A stretch of DNA of 11,030 bases from NCBI GenBank assembly GCA_964247135.1, contig CAXTTL010000165.1, positions 1 through 11,030 of the forward strand, in the 5' to 3' direction. Origin of the DNA: an uncultured Deinococcales bacterium (GTDB lineage: Bacteria; Deinococcota; Deinococci; Deinococcales; JAAFIG01). Below, piece by piece: positions 7,844-11,030 of the stretch; positions within the stretch are counted from its first letter, which is position 1; the number at the start of each line of letters is the position of its first letter. The notes below the pieces were generated by a model. It was given only the letters and a program-made list of their open reading frames with translations, made no database searches and was not told where the DNA came from. The position numbers and the translations under genes are program-made.

Positions 7844-7874
7844 CCTCAAGGTTGATTTGACCTTTAGGCTAGCA
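7844..7874 (-). promoter_or_regulatory. Candidate extended -10 (TGcTAGCCT) with an overlapping inverted-repeat operator upstream of the AKR gene
   Basis: The - strand reads TGC-TAGCCT at 7874-7866. The + strand has CCTCAAGGT-N7-ACCTTTAGG at 7844-7868 (8/9 symmetric), covering the -10 edge and the RBS. Confidence 0.4.
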
Positions 7875-7893
7875 TGAAAAAATAACCCGAGCT

Positions 7894-8865
7894 TTAATTT
7901 GATTTTGGTGCCAAAACCCGAGGCGACAAACTGAGTAATGCCTCAACAATGCTCGGGTCAAATTGCGATCCCGCGCCCGTCGCCAAGCGGCTTCGCGCCT
8001 CTTTAGGCTCGAGCGCCAAACGGTACGGTCGGTCTGTGGTCATGGCATCAAAGGCATCCACCACGCCAATAATGCGCCCACCGAGCGGAATATGCTCGGC
8101 TTTTAAGTTGTCTGGGTATCCGTTGCCGTCCCAACGTTCATGGTGCGACCGGACCATCGGCGCGATCAAGTCGCCGTGACGCAAGGTGCTGACAATTTCC
8201 GCGCCGTGGCTGGGGTGTTGTTTGATGTACGCCCAATCGCCTGGCGTCAGTTCGGTGGTTTTGCGCAAGATTTCGACGGGCACCGCAATTTTACCGATGT
8301 CATGCAGTAAACCCGCAGCACGAACCGCAATCAAATCGAGGTTTGAGAGTCCCAAACGGTGCGCCACATGACCGCTGAGCGTCCGAAGCCGTTCGATGTG
8401 TCCGCTGGTGTACGGGTCGTGCTTTTCAACGGTACGGGCGACCGCGCCCAGAACGCCTGTGGCATCCTCGAGGTGACGGCTGGCTTGATGCTGCTGGGTC
8501 AAACGCCGCACCCGAGTCCCGAGCACCACGCTGTCCACGGGCAAGTACATGACGTTATCAACCCCCACGTCGTAAGCTTCCGCCTCGAGGTGAGAGTATT
8601 TTTCGTGCAAGAGCATGACGATTGGCACTTCAGAATTCGGGTCGGATTTGATCGACCTGCACAGCGCAATACTCTCGTAATTGCGCCCTTCAATAATCAG
8701 GGCATCAATCCGTCCTTCGCCGCAAAAACCGACCACCGCCGCGCCAGGAAACATCGGGGCAACCCGCAAGCCCATTTGTTGCAGCATAAAGCGGTGCTCA
8801 TCCAGTTTGGGGTACTCGTTCGAGACGAGCAAAACCGTGTACGCCTCGAGTGAAATGTCGTTCAT
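7894..8865 (-). CDS. HD-GYP cyclic-dinucleotide phosphodiesterase with a degenerate N-terminal receiver domain
   Basis: Start moved from 9042 to the ATG at 8865 (MNDISLE...), which has AAGGTGG just upstream; the dropped 59 codons are AT-rich and look intergenic. Motifs 'HDPYTSGH', 'LLHDIGK', 'HPSHG', 'HHERWDGNGYP' and 'DAFDAMTTDRPYR'. Confidence 0.88.
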   Translation of the reverse strand: MNDISLEAYTVLLVSNEYPKLDEHRFMLQQMGLRVAPMFPGAAVVGFCGEGRIDALIIEGRNYESIALCRSIKSDPNSEVPIVMLLHEKYSHLEAEAYDVGVDNVMYLPVDSVVLGTRVRRLTQQHQASRHLEDATGVLGAVARTVEKHDPYTSGHIERLRTLSGHVAHRLGLSNLDLIAVRAAGLLHDIGKIAVPVEILRKTTELTPGDWAYIKQHPSHGAEIVSTLRHGDLIAPMVRSHHERWDGNGYPDNLKAEHIPLGGRIIGVVDAFDAMTTDRPYRLALEPKEARSRLATGAGSQFDPSIVEALLSLSPRVLAPKSN

Positions 8866-9070
8866 GAACCACCTTGTTTTTTTAAATTTGAAAAGTAAAA
8901 TCTCGAGCCTCAATATACATTTTTGCAGAATCTGATGTTGTGGTTTTTGACCATTGTGAGGGCATATTTTAACGTATTGATACTCGAGTATTGTAAAGTC
9001 TCGATCAATAACGTTGCCATTAAAATCCGTGTTCTTTGGCACCTCCCGAATGCCAAATACAGGTTATTTC

Positions 9071-9097
9071 AAACTGACGTCAGTTTAACGTCAGTTT
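9071..9097. repeat. Perfect 16-bp palindrome AAACTGACGTCAGTTT plus a 10-bp direct repeat ACGTCAGTTT with 11-bp period
   Basis: Palindrome at 9071-9086. Repeat copies at 9077-9086 and 9088-9097. Overlaps the regulator's stop codon at 9080-9082. Confidence 0.6.
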
Positions 9098-11030
9098 CAG
9101 TTCTTCACGCAATTGCTTTAAGGTCGGTGGCAACGATTCGCCGTACCCGCCAAACGTCCGTTCGACTTCGGCAACCGTGCGCCGTCCAGCCAATGCCCCC
9201 TCGAGTTCGGTGGTGGCACGCACCAGCAACTCGTTCAATCCAAGATCGAGCGGTTCGACTTTGCGCAAGCGCTCGGTCATTTTGCGGCAGGCGTCAAAAT
9301 CGCCACGTTCAAACAAGTCTTGCACCACTTTCAATCCAGTACGCACCATAAGCCATTCCACGTTAGACCGAACCTCCTCAACCCATTCGGCGCTCGAGTG
9401 TCGCAGGAAGGCTCCAGCGTACAGGTCGAGTGCAAGGTTGAGATCATTGTCCACGGGAACGCTTAGGTATCGCATAATCTCACTATAATCCCAAGCCAAA
9501 CCAGCAGTGCCAGGTTCGAGCGAATAGGTGCGCGTCACGCGGTCATAAGTGATTTCCAAACCGTTGGAAGACAGCGGCAACTGGTGTTTGATCTGATGAA
9601 AATTATTGCGTGCCGCTTTTGGTTCGGAATCTTCAAAAACTTCGGTCAAGATTTTCTCGAGCGTGCTCATCGGGTGAAGCATTAAGTACGAAAGCAACTC
9701 GAGGGTTTTGGCAGTCGAAGTCAAGTGAACTGGTTTACCGTTCGCCAGCAACATCGGTTGCCCAAAGGCACGAATTCGGAATTCTTTGACCGATGGGCGA
9801 TGCTCGAGCGGGAGAATAACTTGTTCTGCCTCAAAGTTTGATTCCAGGATTGGTTTAAGTGCATGTAAACCATACGGCGTGGCAATGTCTGCCAGCGCTT
9901 GAATGTCGCTTATTAAGCGCAACTCGAGCATTAAGAAAGCGTTCCCGCCAAGCGAGTTGGCAATGTCTGACACATGTTCGAGCGAAATTGATGCGGATTC
10001 GGAGTCGTTGTTTTTAAGATGCCAGACCGCAAAGTGAAGGTGTGTCCAGGCAAGCTCTCGAGCCAGTTCCTGTTCTTTATAATATTTTTCTGCATTTGCA
10101 AGACATTCGTTTGCTTTCTCGAGTTGACCGAGGTTTGTCCAAAGAATACCCGCAGTCAAATTTTGGAATGCAAGACATTTATCATTGGCACTGGTATTTT
10201 CAGATCGTTTGAGCGCTGCGCGAGCTTCATTAAAGTTTCGAGTCCCAATATGGACTTTGCAAATCCCAATTTTAGCAAGGCAATCATTTTCATTAAAACT
10301 ATTTTTCTCACTGATTTCAATAGATTGACTAAAATATAATAGCGCAGTTTGCCATTCTTTTTGTGTTATTTTGTATATTCCTTTAGAGTATAAATAAATC
10401 GAATTGAGGAAAGGGTTATCTGCACTTTGGAAATCTTGATCAAAAAGCATACTTTCAACACTTGCGAAGTCACCATTGTAAATACAGACAAATGTTCGTG
10501 TCATATGAACATAAGCTCGGAATGCAGGATTTGTACTTAATAATGCTCGGTCTAAAACTTCTTTCGCTTTTCGATCATTTCCAAGTAAGTGATACATATA
10601 ACCAAGTGATTGATCTATCATAGGAATCAAACTTTTAGCATCTTGACACAATTCAGCTTCAAGACGCGCTTCCGAATATGCTTCTATAGCAGCTTTGAAG
10701 TGGCTTCGGGTCGCATGTAAATCGCCGCGTTCGCGCAATGCTCGAACCCAATCGTCAGGACTTAAGGGCGCGTCAAATGCAGCTTCGAGATACGCTTCGC
10801 AATCTTCGAGCAAATTTAACAAACGACAAATTGAAGCCAACCCAATCAACGCGCCAGTCTCACCACGTCGTTTTGATCTGGTAAACATAGTACGAGCGTC
10901 TTCCAAAGCTCCCATGTTCCAAAGACAAACGGCTGCCCAACGATCATCCTTTGCAGAAGGCATTGGAAGTTGTTGGTAGAATTCCCAACCTTCCTTATAA
11001 CACGCATTTTGGGCGAGTCGTTGGATTGAG
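9080..11030 (-). CDS. TPR-repeat transcriptional regulator with C-terminal winged-helix / BTAD (SARP-like) module; 5' end probably outside the window
   Basis: The frame stays open from 10963 to the window edge (SIQRLAQNACYKEGWEFYQQLPM...). The N-terminal part shows TPR-like helical repeats. The C-terminal motifs 'IRAFGQPMLLANG', 'ELLSYL', 'ALDLYAGAFL...AEWVEEVR' and 'VEPLD' resemble SARP wHTH-BTAD. Confidence 0.8.
   Translation of the reverse strand, partial: SIQRLAQNACYKEGWEFYQQLPMPSAKDDRWAAVCLWNMGALEDARTMFTRSKRRGETGALIGLASICRLLNLLEDCEAYLEAAFDAPLSPDDWVRALRERGDLHATRSHFKAAIEAYSEARLEAELCQDAKSLIPMIDQSLGYMYHLLGNDRKAKEVLDRALLSTNPAFRAYVHMTRTFVCIYNGDFASVESMLFDQDFQSADNPFLNSIYLYSKGIYKITQKEWQTALLYFSQSIEISEKNSFNENDCLAKIGICKVHIGTRNFNEARAALKRSENTSANDKCLAFQNLTAGILWTNLGQLEKANECLANAEKYYKEQELARELAWTHLHFAVWHLKNNDSESASISLEHVSDIANSLGGNAFLMLELRLISDIQALADIATPYGLHALKPILESNFEAEQVILPLEHRPSVKEFRIRAFGQPMLLANGKPVHLTSTAKTLELLSYLMLHPMSTLEKILTEVFEDSEPKAARNNFHQIKHQLPLSSNGLEITYDRVTRTYSLEPGTAGLAWDYSEIMRYLSVPVDNDLNLALDLYAGAFLRHSSAEWVEEVRSNVEWLMVRTGLKVVQDLFERGDFDACRKMTERLRKVEPLDLGLNELLVRATTELEGALAGRRTVAEVERTFGGYGESLPPTLKQLREELKLTLN

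Larger units (their letters stand above)
203..10123. repeat. Dispersed, highly iterated palindrome CTCGAG (about 66 copies)
   Basis: Hand count. Examples: 203, 680, 797, 971, 2171, 2185, 2204, 3633, 3650, 5531, 5592, 8902, 8983 and 10118. Confidence 0.9.

Noticed and set aside
8910-9020. 36-aa - strand ORF (MATLLIETLQ...) as a signalling peptide for the TPR regulator
   Set aside because: The nearest GGAGG is about 20 nt from the ATG and there is no signal-peptide pattern.
8866-9042. 59-aa N-terminal extension of the HD-GYP ORF
   Set aside because: It is AT-rich with no domain-like character. The receiver fold begins right after Met at 8865, which has its own RBS-like sequence.
203-10123. 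CTCGAG copies as a CRISPR array, tandem repeat or cloning artefact
   Set aside because: Spacing is irregular, flanks are not shared, and the sites are embedded in intact reading frames.
211-10979. Alternative-frame and antisense ORFs (e.g. 2293-3228, 4112-4804, 6161-6664, 7297-7788, 8923-9351)
   Set aside because: They overlap genes with clear family motifs and show none of their own.

Overview
This is a bacterial window of about 50% GC. Gene content suggests Deinococcota, but that is inference only. The left half is a tightly coupled + strand operon: the 3' part of a sugar-type ABC permease, mtnK, mtnA, and a fused class II aldolase / short-chain dehydrogenase. It resembles a DHAP-shunt (methylthioribose / 5-deoxyribose cleavage) pathway with its own importer and an aldehyde oxidoreductase built into the aldolase. 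The middle holds a low-GC orphan membrane-protein gene (-), a 63-nt diverged copy of the 3' end of the neighbouring aldo-keto reductase gene, and a Tat/lipobox ferritin-like gene (+) ending at a perfect 15-bp hairpin. The right half (-) holds an aldo-keto reductase, an HD-GYP phosphodiesterase with a degenerate receiver domain, and a TPR + winged-helix/BTAD regulator that runs off the window and contains an AT-rich internal patch. The palindrome CTCGAG occurs about 66 times by hand count, against about 3 expected. It appears in all three codon phases and in intergenic DNA, and is absent from the AT-rich segments.
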